From the IMG/VR virus record IMGVR_UViG_3300026484_000110: DNA of 64,000 nucleotides. The stretch is one strand, 5' to 3'. Each line of letters begins with the position of its first letter. Positions within the stretch are counted from its first letter, which is position 1. Below the pieces are notes generated by a model that ran no database searches, was not told the DNA's origin, and worked only from the letters and a program-made list of their open reading frames with translations. This DNA is from a virus. A program made the translations under genes and the position numbers. Below, piece by piece: positions 38,111 to 47,875 of the stretch.

Positions 38111-38796
38111 TATTCATGTTTTAAACTAAACATTTTTACAGGTGTAAATTGTAAATCTATGAAGTATTCCATAGATCTTTTCATATCTTTAAATATGTCT
38201 TCAATATTTTTATTTTTTTCTATTTTCTCCAAAAATGCAGGTATATATAGTCTAGTGCTTGGCATGTTAAAATTAAAAAACTCATTAGTAGCAATTCTAT
38301 ATTTTAACCAGTTTAATCCATCATACATAATAATACTGTAGAATTCTTTAAAATCTGTTAAACTTACATTATAAGGATTAAAGTATGTATCTTTGATATT
38401 GAAATCTATATTACCCATAGTGAATCTAATAGATTTTTTAATATCATCTATTTCTTTTTTTGTTAGTCTATAAGGATATGTATTTATTACTATATTAGCT
38501 ACTTTAACACCCTCTTTAATTTGTGGATTCAATTCTACATAACATACTTCAGAAAATAAAACATCAGTAATATGTGTACGTATTGCGGTCTTTAATAAAC
38601 TGTTATCTCTATATTTATAGAATGTTTTAAATACTATTTCAGGTATTGGAGGAAAACTATCTCTTAATCTATTAAAATATTGTTTATTTAATAACACTTC
38701 ACCTGCTATTTTAGGACTCATTTCTGTTAGAAGAGAAAACCGTGTATCTAAGAGACTATCCAAATCTATATAAATGCTATTTTTAATCTTATCCAT
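38110..38796 (-). CDS. Conserved hypothetical protein with HAD-like DxD start
   Basis: IYIDLDSLLDTR N-terminal motif. Confidence 0.5.
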   Translation of the reverse strand: MDKIKNSIYIDLDSLLDTRFSLLTEMSPKIAGEVLLNKQYFNRLRDSFPPIPEIVFKTFYKYRDNSLLKTAIRTHITDVLFSEVCYVELNPQIKEGVKVANIVINTYPYRLTKKEIDDIKKSIRFTMGNIDFNIKDTYFNPYNVSLTDFKEFYSIIMYDGLNWLKYRIATNEFFNFNMPSTRLYIPAFLEKIEKNKNIEDIFKDMKRSMEYFIDLQFTPVKMFSLKHE

Positions 38797-38807
38797 TTGT
38801 TATCCTT

Positions 38808-39386
38808 TTAATAATAGTCTCTCAGATCGGGTTGAATATTACGAATTTCTTCTGGAATACTCTCTTTAATATTTTTTTCTAGTCCTTCCATTTGTTTATT
38901 TAACTTATCTATTTTTACTAATACCATATCAGCAATAGTATCAGCCTCACGAATTGGTAAATTTAAATACTCTTTTAAAGATAATCCAGTATGTTTATAA
39001 ATATCTAATTCTAAATAATTTAATATTTCATGCTCTATACCTGACATCAAATACGGATCTTCTTCTCTTTTATATTCTATAGTAGTTAATGCAGGAAAAT
39101 CATTATTTAAATCAAATTGATTACTGGTATCATAAATTAATTTCTTTACTACGTCTGCTTCAGGATAGTTTAAAATTAAGTCTTTATTATTAGCTATAGA
39201 TTTAATATGTTTAAAAACAAATTTTAAAATACTAAATTCATCGTTCTCGGATATCAGCGGAGCTACAATTAAGGTTTGGAATTTATTTAATATATGATCT
39301 TCCAAACCATAAGCTTCTTCTATATATGAGGCTAGCTCTCTCCCAATTCCCTCAAAATTTTCTCGTACTGATATCCGAGATGGGTA
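38808..39386 (-). CDS. -1 frameshift extension (T-like part) of the upstream putative tail/baseplate assembly chaperone
   Basis: ORF track starts at a TTG (39305) with no SD; the frame is open without stops up to the slippery T7 run at 39392-39386. Confidence 0.6.
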   Translation of the reverse strand, partial: YPSRISVRENFEGIGRELASYIEEAYGLEDHILNKFQTLIVAPLISENDEFSILKFVFKHIKSIANNKDLILNYPEADVVKKLIYDTSNQFDLNNDFPALTTIEYKREEDPYLMSGIEHEILNYLELDIYKHTGLSLKEYLNLPIREADTIADMVLVKIDKLNKQMEGLEKNIKESIPEEIRNIQPDLRDYY

Positions 39387-40762
39387 AAAAAATAGTCAAA
39401 TACGTTTAACGGAATGAATGCTTTAAAGTTACTTTTATCATCGCTATCAGCTTTTTGAGATTCTTGACATATAGGACATACATAATCAGGTATACCTACT
39501 ATACTTACTAAACTATTGTTAATATAATCCACAATTTTATTTCTAATTTTTCTTCTAATATCTACGTTGTTACTTAATAGTTCCAATTCTTCATTTATAT
39601 CTACGATGTCTTCTGCTACCTTACCATCTATTACAATTGATTTTACGTAATGATTATAAATACCTAAGTATAGATTATTTAATACCATTATTTCTGCTTC
39701 TTTTATATCATTTATTACAGTTTTGTTTTTAATCATGTCTGTAGATAATTCAGTTAACTGTGTAATAAAATATTCACCTGCCTCTAAATATCTATTAATA
39801 CTAGGTGATTCAATATTTAAAGTCACCGCTACGTCACCTATTGTAAAGTTCAATGGTGTAGATTGATTAGCTTCTAATTCTTCTTGGTATTTTCTAATTT
39901 CATCCACATTAACAGATTTACTAGTCTTTCTACTCATTATTGATTTATGATATTCGGTTAGTTTACTCATATCCACCCAAAGTAATTTAGCAGGGTCAAT
40001 ATTTATTTCAGATTTATAATTACACTTAGGTGCATTATTTTCTATTATTACTGTATTTTTACATTGTAAAATATAGTTTACACCTTTTGGATACATAGAT
40101 TTAATTAAACCTAATACTAAAGGATATAAGTCTTGTAATTTAATATAATCAAAAATATCTTCACCCTCTGGTAAAGCTAAACTAGTATCTAATATAAATT
40201 GTTTAATCTTTTCTAAAAGTATCTTAGTAAACACTACTGAATGATTGCTGAAAATTAAATTATTTGTTTCCCTACCGACTCTACCAAATTCTTCAGATAA
40301 GGATAACATTAAGTTTACTTTATCTTGTTTAGTCATTGGTTTTATAGTTATCCAGAATCCACTATGCCATAATGGTATATGAGATAAGCTACCAATACCT
40401 AAGGCTTCTGCTAATCTGAGTTTAGCTAATGATCTATTACCTGATTTTTTAATACCTACTGTTTTCATTATCAGTAGCTTATCGTTTATTTTGGGTTCGA
40501 GTTCTAAATCATTGATATTATCTCTCACACCTACATTTTCTTTATTTGTTTTATCTATACTATCTAGCACCAATTCTAATGTAATTTTATCATCGGTAGT
40601 AAGTTCTTTTAATGCTGTTGTGTTTTTACTAATTTCTTCTATAAACTCTTTTATTGTTTTATAATTATTAGATGGTACTGTAATTCTTACTTCTTTTTTT
40701 AGTAATTTTTCAGTATCCAGTTCTTTAAAATCATTTACAATATCTTTAATTGTCTTTTCCAC
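39332..40762 (-). CDS. Putative tail/baseplate-hub assembly chaperone (G-like part)
   Basis: 476 aa; C..N...C and CPIC Cys pairs; ends ...DYFF encoded TAT TTT TTT. Confidence 0.5.
   Translation of the reverse strand: MEKTIKDIVNDFKELDTEKLLKKEVRITVPSNNYKTIKEFIEEISKNTTALKELTTDDKITLELVLDSIDKTNKENVGVRDNINDLELEPKINDKLLIMKTVGIKKSGNRSLAKLRLAEALGIGSLSHIPLWHSGFWITIKPMTKQDKVNLMLSLSEEFGRVGRETNNLIFSNHSVVFTKILLEKIKQFILDTSLALPEGEDIFDYIKLQDLYPLVLGLIKSMYPKGVNYILQCKNTVIIENNAPKCNYKSEINIDPAKLLWVDMSKLTEYHKSIMSRKTSKSVNVDEIRKYQEELEANQSTPLNFTIGDVAVTLNIESPSINRYLEAGEYFITQLTELSTDMIKNKTVINDIKEAEIMVLNNLYLGIYNHYVKSIVIDGKVAEDIVDINEELELLSNNVDIRRKIRNKIVDYINNSLVSIVGIPDYVCPICQESQKADSDDKSNFKAFIPLNVFDYFFTHLGYQYEKILRELGES
39386..39392 (-). 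other. Candidate -1 ribosomal slippery heptamer T_TTT_TTT
   Basis: Minus strand GAC TAT TTT TTT ACC; the -1 frame opens just before it and runs to 38808. Confidence 0.6.
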
Positions 40763-41213
40763 CTTCTGCTCCTTTTTGTTTTTCGAGTTCAGCCTGTAGT
40801 TCTGTTAGCAATGCTGCAACACTAGTATGTCCTACTACCTGTAATTGGTTAGCTAATCCTGCATAAGCTATAGTAGCATTCATATACAGTTCCATTTGTT
40901 TATCATCTTCTGGATTCACATCACCTGTAAAAAATACTGGTTGATCAGGCGCACCCTTAGAATGGCTAGCTTTTACAGTTACATATTGCTCTGTTAAATC
41001 GTTTAATGTTAAAACAATACCCTGTAAAGTTTTACTTAGGTTAGGATTATTTTCTATTTGTTCTTTAAATCTATTAGAAATCTCCATCATTTTCATATTT
41101 AAATCTGCTAAGGTTTTTCTAATATTCTCACTAGTCTCTGCTAAATCTTCCCATTTAACTACTTTATCCTCTACTTTATAATTTGTTTTTTTATTTCTTT
41201 TTTTCTTACTCAT
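40746..41213 (-). CDS. Hypothetical helical protein
   Basis: SD AAGGAG; 155 aa. Confidence 0.6.
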   Translation of the reverse strand: MSKKKRNKKTNYKVEDKVVKWEDLAETSENIRKTLADLNMKMMEISNRFKEQIENNPNLSKTLQGIVLTLNDLTEQYVTVKASHSKGAPDQPVFFTGDVNPEDDKQMELYMNATIAYAGLANQLQVVGHTSVAALLTELQAELEKQKGAEGGKDN

Positions 41214-41307
41214 AATTACTCCTTGTTTATGTTTTGTAATTTATTGTCGCTTGACATCATATGATACAGCAGTAGCTATAAAAAAGATGATTATTAAAGG
41301 AGATAAA

Positions 41308-42309
41308 ATGGTAGATATTTCAGTAATAAGAAATTTTTTGTTAGAAACAGGTAATTCCTCAGTAGCAGATAATGTAACATTAATTCTTAATATGTTAGAT
41401 AATGCTGGTATAAAAGATTATATAGAAGATTTAGAAAAATGGACAGATGTAGATGAAACAAATATAGACCCAATAAATAAATATGATGCTATCATAAACA
41501 TAGCTAAAAAATATGGAATAAAGTTAATTAGACGTAGAGGAGTAGTGATAGATGAAGACAGAATAAACGAGATATCGACACAATTCATAGTCGCTATTTT
41601 ATTAGCTTTAGATGGTCTACAAAACTTAGATATTCAGTCAGCACTATATATTACTGGGATTTTAACAGATGAGAATACAAATAATGATTTAGATAAACTC
41701 TATTTAATTTTATTTTACCTAAATCCTAGTTTAGATAGTAATAGTTTTTCTACATATGTCAAAGATGTGAGTCCTGTCCTATTTGATAAATTAGAACATG
41801 TTTGTGAAAACATAATAAATAGCGAAGATATAATACCAGATGATATAGATAATAACTTAACTGATATATCGATTAAATTAGTGGATGAATTTATTAAATT
41901 AGGATTTAAATCAGTACCGGATATTTTATTAACAATTATAAATTATCCTACTATAGTTTTAGCAATAAGAAATAACTATCAAAATGAACAATCTAAAATA
42001 TTGAAGAAAATTAACTTTTTACTAACAGAATTGAAAGATGAAGATAATATTTTCGATACCCCTATATATTCTAATATTTTGTATAGTATAGTAGATCTTT
42101 TTATTATAGGTTATATAGGAGATAATACCTTAAAAGATGATAGAGATGAATTATTAACGCTAATATCTGACCATAAATATTCTAAGGAAATTACTGATTT
42201 AGTAAACAAAATTTACGATGATTTTATAAATAGTGAATTCTTGAAAACTTTAGATAAAATAATTAAATTAGTAAATGAGTCTGAGGAGTTAGACAATGAG
42301 CAAAACTGA
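41308..42309 (+). CDS. Acidic hypothetical protein upstream of vRNAP beta'
   Basis: SD AAAGGAG before ATG 41308. Confidence 0.55.
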   Translation: MVDISVIRNFLLETGNSSVADNVTLILNMLDNAGIKDYIEDLEKWTDVDETNIDPINKYDAIINIAKKYGIKLIRRRGVVIDEDRINEISTQFIVAILLALDGLQNLDIQSALYITGILTDENTNNDLDKLYLILFYLNPSLDSNSFSTYVKDVSPVLFDKLEHVCENIINSEDIIPDDIDNNLTDISIKLVDEFIKLGFKSVPDILLTIINYPTIVLAIRNNYQNEQSKILKKINFLLTELKDEDNIFDTPIYSNILYSIVDLFIIGYIGDNTLKDDRDELLTLISDHKYSKEITDLVNKIYDDFINSEFLKTLDKIIKLVNESEELDNEQN

Positions 42310-43573
42310 ATATTTGTGGTATGCCTTAGAAAATGAATTTCCTAATGATTTTACATGGATTACAGATATGTTTAGTATCTTAGCTGATGAAAACCATAAT
42401 GACGAATATGTAAAAATAGACAATAATAAAATATATGCAAAGCAAGATGATAATCTAATAGAAATCGGGGAATTTGGCAAACCTATCTTTACTACTAAAG
42501 AGAAAATCACTATAGATAAAAATATGTTAAACTTAGTAGATAAACCTACTGAAACTACTGTAGGTAGACTAATTATGAATTACTTAATTATATATCAAAA
42601 TTTTGGACATAAAATTCCATACTTAAATAAGCAATTCGGTTTTGAAGAAATAGAATCTAATTACATAGAAAAAATGTTAGTAGATAACGATAAACCTGAT
42701 AAAGGCATTACCGTATCAGAGTATAAAAACTATATGGATACTATGTTATACATAATGAATTTTAATAAAGTAATTTCAGTATCCATTACCGAGAAAACAT
42801 CACTACCTCCTAAAGGTATTGAAGAATATAAGAAACAGGTAATTAAAGAGTTAGAAGAAAAATATGGTCCTAATGCTTTAGAAGATAAAGCAGTAGCTGC
42901 TCTATTCGAAGAGAAGATGATGGAGTATGATGAGAAATGGTTAAAAGGAGACCCTGCTGAAGGTAAATTTGTAGTAGGTAAGATTAAAGGTGCCAGAAAG
43001 AAAATGTTTATAGACTATGGTGTAGGTATGGATTTTAAACCTACTAATAAAGCAAAAGTAATTACACAGAGTCTATTAGATGGTTATCCTAAAGATCCAG
43101 AAAAATTAGCAGTATTATTTAACGACAGTAGATTAGGGTCTTATAGTAGGGGCGCTGAAACACAAAAAGGTGGTGTAGCAGCTAAGGTGTCATTAAGAGC
43201 TACTAATGATATTAAAGTATTAAATAAAGATTGTAAAACTAAAATGTTTTTATTCATGCCTATTACAAAAAATAATTATAAAAAATTTATAAACAGATAC
43301 ATGTTTAACGATAAAATGGAGAATGTTTTATTAACAGAGGATTTACTTAAAAGTTTAATAGGCGATGTTATAAAATTAAGATCACCATTGTACTGTAATG
43401 AAGATCATCATTATTGTGTATATTGTATGGGTAAAGGTTATGAAGATAAGGAAAATGCAATTAGTTTAGCAGTATCTGGATTATCTGGTAAAATATTAAA
43501 CGAAAGTATGAAACGTATGCACGCAACGCTAACCGAAGTAGTGAAATTTAACATTCATGATGAGTTGTCCTAA
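42296..43573 (+). CDS. Virion RNAP beta' subunit piece (phiKZ gp80-like)
   Basis: ETTVGRLIMN, GSYSRGAETQKGG, DCKT, LRSPLYC...CVYCMG, SMKRMH. Confidence 0.85.
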   Translation: MSKTEYLWYALENEFPNDFTWITDMFSILADENHNDEYVKIDNNKIYAKQDDNLIEIGEFGKPIFTTKEKITIDKNMLNLVDKPTETTVGRLIMNYLIIYQNFGHKIPYLNKQFGFEEIESNYIEKMLVDNDKPDKGITVSEYKNYMDTMLYIMNFNKVISVSITEKTSLPPKGIEEYKKQVIKELEEKYGPNALEDKAVAALFEEKMMEYDEKWLKGDPAEGKFVVGKIKGARKKMFIDYGVGMDFKPTNKAKVITQSLLDGYPKDPEKLAVLFNDSRLGSYSRGAETQKGGVAAKVSLRATNDIKVLNKDCKTKMFLFMPITKNNYKKFINRYMFNDKMENVLLTEDLLKSLIGDVIKLRSPLYCNEDHHYCVYCMGKGYEDKENAISLAVSGLSGKILNESMKRMHATLTEVVKFNIHDELS

Positions 43574-43586
43574 GACAACTCATCAT
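43557..43586 (+). terminator. Terminator after vRNAP beta'
   Basis: ATGATGAGTTGTC / GACAACTCATCAT. Confidence 0.7.
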
Positions 43587-43641
43587 TACTATTTTCATTA
43601 CACTACTCCTATGAATGAATATAATTTAGAAAGGAAATAAA

Positions 43642-44400
43642 ATGGAAGACTTTGGTTTTGAGATGTTTGAAGAAGAAACACCTAAAAAAGAAGAACCTTT
43701 TCAAAAAGATTATGAAGAGAATACCAAACCTAAAAAACAATTTAACAATTATAACAAACAAAATTATAATAAGAAAAAATCTAAAAAAAGAAGAAACGCT
43801 ATAGACCTGTTTAAGGAGACACCTGAACCAACACCTATAGATTTTGAAAATATTAAAACAGATAAAATAGTGACAATTGTGTTTGCTAGTAAAAACTTAA
43901 CATTAGATAATGATGAAAAGACAAAAATAAAAAATTTACTAGATATGTTAAAAGAATCAGGTTTCAAATTGAGACTATTATGTAATACCGTAAATCCAAT
44001 TTTAGACTTATTGAAAGATTACGGTTATGAAAATATATTTATTATAAAACCTTGGGATAATTATTGTAAAACAGGTAGTTATAAATCATATTTGCCTACC
44101 GAATTAAATATTAAAGCAGCTGCTTACTATTTTGATAAATTTGATAAATTACCTACAGGTATTAAGTATTTAAATAGTGCGTTGATTGAGGTAATGTTTG
44201 GTCCTAATAATAATCAAGCTCTAGAATATATAATTACATATGATCCTAACTACGATGGAAAACAAATTAATTTTGATTTAAGCAAGGATACCGCTTTTTG
44301 GTATTGGTTTCCTAAAAAGAAATTTAAAGATTTTGGATTTAGTATATTTAATGTTTATAACGAAAATGATTACAATAACCTGATTAAGATGTTAAAATAA
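43642..44400 (+). CDS. Degenerate DprA/SLOG-fold-like protein
   Basis: GFKLR...I.IKPW..Y...A..YF.KF.KL...IK.LNS....MFGP pattern; canonical SGGAxGAD loop absent. Confidence 0.35.
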   Translation: MEDFGFEMFEEETPKKEEPFQKDYEENTKPKKQFNNYNKQNYNKKKSKKRRNAIDLFKETPEPTPIDFENIKTDKIVTIVFASKNLTLDNDEKTKIKNLLDMLKESGFKLRLLCNTVNPILDLLKDYGYENIFIIKPWDNYCKTGSYKSYLPTELNIKAAAYYFDKFDKLPTGIKYLNSALIEVMFGPNNNQALEYIITYDPNYDGKQINFDLSKDTAFWYWFPKKKFKDFGFSIFNVYNENDYNNLIKMLK

Positions 44401-44411
44401 AAGGTAAAGGA

Positions 44412-44732
44412 ATGAAAGAGGTGTTGGATGGTAGTTTTTACAGTATAGATGGTAATACAGTAAAAATAGTAAACAAGATAGTAGAATTACTAAAAGAATT
44501 AGATAAACATACTACAGTGGAAATAATAGAAAATGGATTAATACAGATTGATGGTATAAACGACTTTACATGGAGTCTAATAAATAGAATAAATGAATTA
44601 TCTGCTATATTCCCAATGTTAGAATCAATTCTAACAGTTTTGGAATTATCTGGTAATGTAGATGATTTGGAATATACTTTTAGACTAGTAAATAAATTTT
44701 CATTAATTAGAAAATTAATATTAAATACGTAG
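44412..44732 (+). CDS. Hypothetical protein
   Basis: 106 aa; ends in bidirectional hairpin. Confidence 0.55.
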   Translation: MKEVLDGSFYSIDGNTVKIVNKIVELLKELDKHTTVEIIENGLIQIDGINDFTWSLINRINELSAIFPMLESILTVLELSGNVDDLEYTFRLVNKFSLIRKLILNT

Positions 44733-44755
44733 AGGATATGTCCTCTACGTATTTA
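44722..44755. terminator. Bidirectional terminator
   Basis: TAAATACGTAGAGGA / TCCTCTACGTATTTA. Confidence 0.75.
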
Positions 44756-45307
44756 TGATTTAAAACCTAACATGTTATTTAAGATAAATAGACTAGGAAC
44801 ATTTAATGTGCCATCTGGATTTACTGTAATAAAGTCACTAAACTTTTTTAGATTTTCGTACAAATGGCTATTTCTGTTTATTACAAAATTATGAAATACC
44901 CCATGTTTAGTAAATTGTTTGTTAATCTTAAAAGAACTTTCTTTAAGTTTATCTAATAAATCAATTCTTTCAAATCCTCTTAACAACTTAATATTTAAAG
45001 TAATAGAAATTAAATTATCTTTATGGAACTTATAAATTAGTTTATAATTTAACTTCAAATCTTTAATTTTGTTTTCTATTACATAAAATTTACAAATTTT
45101 GTTTTTAAAACATTTCTTCATTTCCATATACAATAATTTAGTATTTAATTTTCTATTATTTCTTTCAGTCATTGTTTTACGTAGTCTATTCACATTACTG
45201 TTTACAGTATTAATATCCACAATAGTAATTCCACCAGTAAACGGTGGATTATCGCTAAACATTTGTTGTATTGTGTTTCTAATTTTAATAAGATCTTCAA
45301 TTCTCAT
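44753..45307 (-). CDS. Basic hypothetical protein
   Basis: SD AAGGAGG; 184 aa. Confidence 0.55.
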   Translation of the reverse strand: MRIEDLIKIRNTIQQMFSDNPPFTGGITIVDINTVNSNVNRLRKTMTERNNRKLNTKLLYMEMKKCFKNKICKFYVIENKIKDLKLNYKLIYKFHKDNLISITLNIKLLRGFERIDLLDKLKESSFKINKQFTKHGVFHNFVINRNSHLYENLKKFSDFITVNPDGTLNVPSLFILNNMLGFKS

Positions 45308-46973
45308 AGTCTTCCTCCTTTATTAGTTTTTCTAGTTTATATAAGTCTGGAAAATTTAACATAGTAGTACACCATTCTACTGCATTTGTAGGACCATATA
45401 ATAAATTAATGTTTTGTTTTTTAAACGTAGACTTATCTATACCCTCTATAGATAAGATTTCTCTATGTGTTGTATCTTTAGATACATTAGCTGCTTTTGT
45501 ACAGCTAGGATAAGACGATACTGCGTCAGCGTCATATACTCCTAATCTGATATTAGTTTTGATTTTAAAATCTTCATCAGTGACTCTTAGACCGTTTTCC
45601 ATAATTCTATAACCTGGCATTGTTACTATCCATTCATCTAACCCTAATAATTTATCAGGGTCTAAATTACCAGGTCTTACTCCTAATACTCTTCCATATT
45701 CTAAATAGAAAAACATAAAACCATCTACTAATTTTCTAGGACCACTATTAAATACATCAAAATGTGAAATATCTGATAAAATAGGTACAGCTAATTCCAA
45801 ATCTTTTGTTTTTTTATCTAGTTCTAACATAGACATGGCGTCCCAAATATTATAGACTACATATTCTAAAGGTTTATTATTTACCATATATATGTGCCAT
45901 TCTACACCTTCCAAACCTATATCTGAATCAAATTTTAATTTTTTAGCTACCTTTTCATGTTTTAATATATTGTCTAGACTATATCCACCAGGTACATTCT
46001 TACCACCTACTCTTACATATCTATGTGCTGACATAGCATCTATTATGTAAAAGTTTGATGTAGTTTTAACTGTATGCCATTGTTCTTCTGGGTTAATAGG
46101 AATTGTTTTACCAGATTCTGTTACCTTTTGTTTTTTACCTTGTTTATATTTAAAGTATTTATATTTTTCAGGTATTTTATCAAAATGAAAAATATCAGCT
46201 GGATTTACATTTTTTTCTTCTAACTTTTCAACTATAGTAGGGATATCGTAATCCATATTCCAAATAGCTAAAAAGTCTATATTTGCATAATTGGCTGCTT
46301 TAAATATTTCTTTTAATAATGTTACCTCATCATCAAACACTTTTATTATTAACTCAGGATTACCTAGACTATGTTCAGGTATATGCTTATCGTATAAGTC
46401 TTTGATTCTTTTTTCAGGATTTTGTATGCTACCTAAAAAAGATTTTAATATATATGTATGTATCTCTTTAGGAGTAGCAAATGTAGCAATAATAATTTCA
46501 TTTGTTAATACATTTACCTCAATATCGAATGTACCTACTCGATATGGCGTACTGAATGCACCATACTTTTTAAAATATTGATATTTTAAAAATGTACGAC
46601 TATCTACATCTATACCATAAAGATAAGGAGAATCTTTTAATCGATATAAGTCTGTAATACCTATATAATTATCTCCTAATCTAGGTGCAATATTTTTACC
46701 TAGATCTGATTCTGTGGATAAAAACATATCTACCTTTTTAATATCTTCGGATTCCTTTTTTTCGGTATGGTTTCTATAAATTTCTTTAGTAACCCAAAAT
46801 GGTCTTTTATAATCCTTTATTATTCTAATATTATCTAGTATTTCACCATTTGGTTTATGTACTAATTCTTTTACAATATGAATATCTTCACCTACTTCTT
46901 TTTTAGATAGATGAGTAATGAAACGTGGTTCTAATTTGTCTTCAGGATCTGGTTTATAATTTATATATGTCAT
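45297..46973 (-). CDS. Split family-B DNA polymerase, exonuclease + motif A subunit (phiKZ gp82-like)
   Basis: ExoI FDIEV, ExoII WNMDYDIP, ExoIII YNIWD, motif A DAVSSYP; motifs B and C absent. Confidence 0.85.
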   Translation of the reverse strand: MTYINYKPDPEDKLEPRFITHLSKKEVGEDIHIVKELVHKPNGEILDNIRIIKDYKRPFWVTKEIYRNHTEKKESEDIKKVDMFLSTESDLGKNIAPRLGDNYIGITDLYRLKDSPYLYGIDVDSRTFLKYQYFKKYGAFSTPYRVGTFDIEVNVLTNEIIIATFATPKEIHTYILKSFLGSIQNPEKRIKDLYDKHIPEHSLGNPELIIKVFDDEVTLLKEIFKAANYANIDFLAIWNMDYDIPTIVEKLEEKNVNPADIFHFDKIPEKYKYFKYKQGKKQKVTESGKTIPINPEEQWHTVKTTSNFYIIDAMSAHRYVRVGGKNVPGGYSLDNILKHEKVAKKLKFDSDIGLEGVEWHIYMVNNKPLEYVVYNIWDAMSMLELDKKTKDLELAVPILSDISHFDVFNSGPRKLVDGFMFFYLEYGRVLGVRPGNLDPDKLLGLDEWIVTMPGYRIMENGLRVTDEDFKIKTNIRLGVYDADAVSSYPSCTKAANVSKDTTHREILSIEGIDKSTFKKQNINLLYGPTNAVEWCTTMLNFPDLYKLEKLIKEEDYEN

Positions 46974-47056
46974 AATGTTTTCTCCTTAATATTTGTTTCT
47001 CATAAAACCATCACCGCCAGATTTCTTGATTAAATATAATAAAGGTATAAAAGGAT

Positions 47057-47833
47057 GTGAAAATGGCAGGATTTACACTTTTTATCACGCCTGTAGTAAC
47101 AGCAAATGATCTGTCACACTTTGCTACTAGCTGGCAAATATCAAAGGATCCTTTGTTTAATGATGTATTGGTGGATAAAGAAAAAGATAAAGACAACTTA
47201 TTGAGTTTAAAGGTGGATTTACCTTTAACTAAAGATGACGTTTACTACAGTAGACATAAATTACATTTTAAAGATAATGATGGTAATGAAAAAGAAACAA
47301 ACTGGAGTAGACCATCTACAATTACTAAAAATAGTGATGGTTTTAGTTTTAACAATACAATAATTACGACTCCCAGAGTATTTACAGAAATCAGTAATCA
47401 AAATTGTCCATTAGGAGGTTTTAATATCTATGCTGGTAAATTTAATTTATTTATGGGTGTGGGTAAGCATGAATCCACGGATTGGATAATTGAAGACAGT
47501 GAAGGTAATATAATCTGGGAGAGACTAAATGATAAAAATAACTTAACTAAAATTAGAATACCTGCCAATATTTTAAACGCAGGTAGGCTATATGTGGTAA
47601 AGGTAAGATTTAATTCCGATACCAATAGTAGTAGTAATTATGGGAAATTACTATTAATTACTGATCCTAAATTAACAAAAGAAAATACTGATATAGATAT
47701 TAATTATGTTAAGAAAATAGAAGAAAGTAATGTGTATTTAGCAGAAAGATTAAAATGTCTAGAAAATATTGAAAAAACAGCTAATGATTTATTAACTAAG
47801 TTAGTAGCATGCACTATTGATAGCACATTATAA
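47057..47833 (+). CDS. Ig/FN3-like repeat virion protein
   Basis: HFATSWQ and HESTDW repeats; paralog of 26362. Confidence 0.55.
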   Translation: MKMAGFTLFITPVVTANDLSHFATSWQISKDPLFNDVLVDKEKDKDNLLSLKVDLPLTKDDVYYSRHKLHFKDNDGNEKETNWSRPSTITKNSDGFSFNNTIITTPRVFTEISNQNCPLGGFNIYAGKFNLFMGVGKHESTDWIIEDSEGNIIWERLNDKNNLTKIRIPANILNAGRLYVVKVRFNSDTNSSSNYGKLLLITDPKLTKENTDIDINYVKKIEESNVYLAERLKCLENIEKTANDLLTKLVACTIDSTL

Positions 47834-47875
47834 GATTGAATTGATAATTTCTAATTATAAATAAAGGAGAATAAT

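Noticed and set aside
41645-41656. TATATATTACTG inside a coding region (and a similar match inside nrdB)
   Set aside because: Intragenic, with no start codon at the 38-51 nt spacing; plausible by chance in AT-rich DNA.
13453-46973. Introns or inteins in RNAP, helicase or polymerase genes
   Set aside because: Lengths match uninterrupted homologs; no intein C/HN junction motifs or split reading frames seen.
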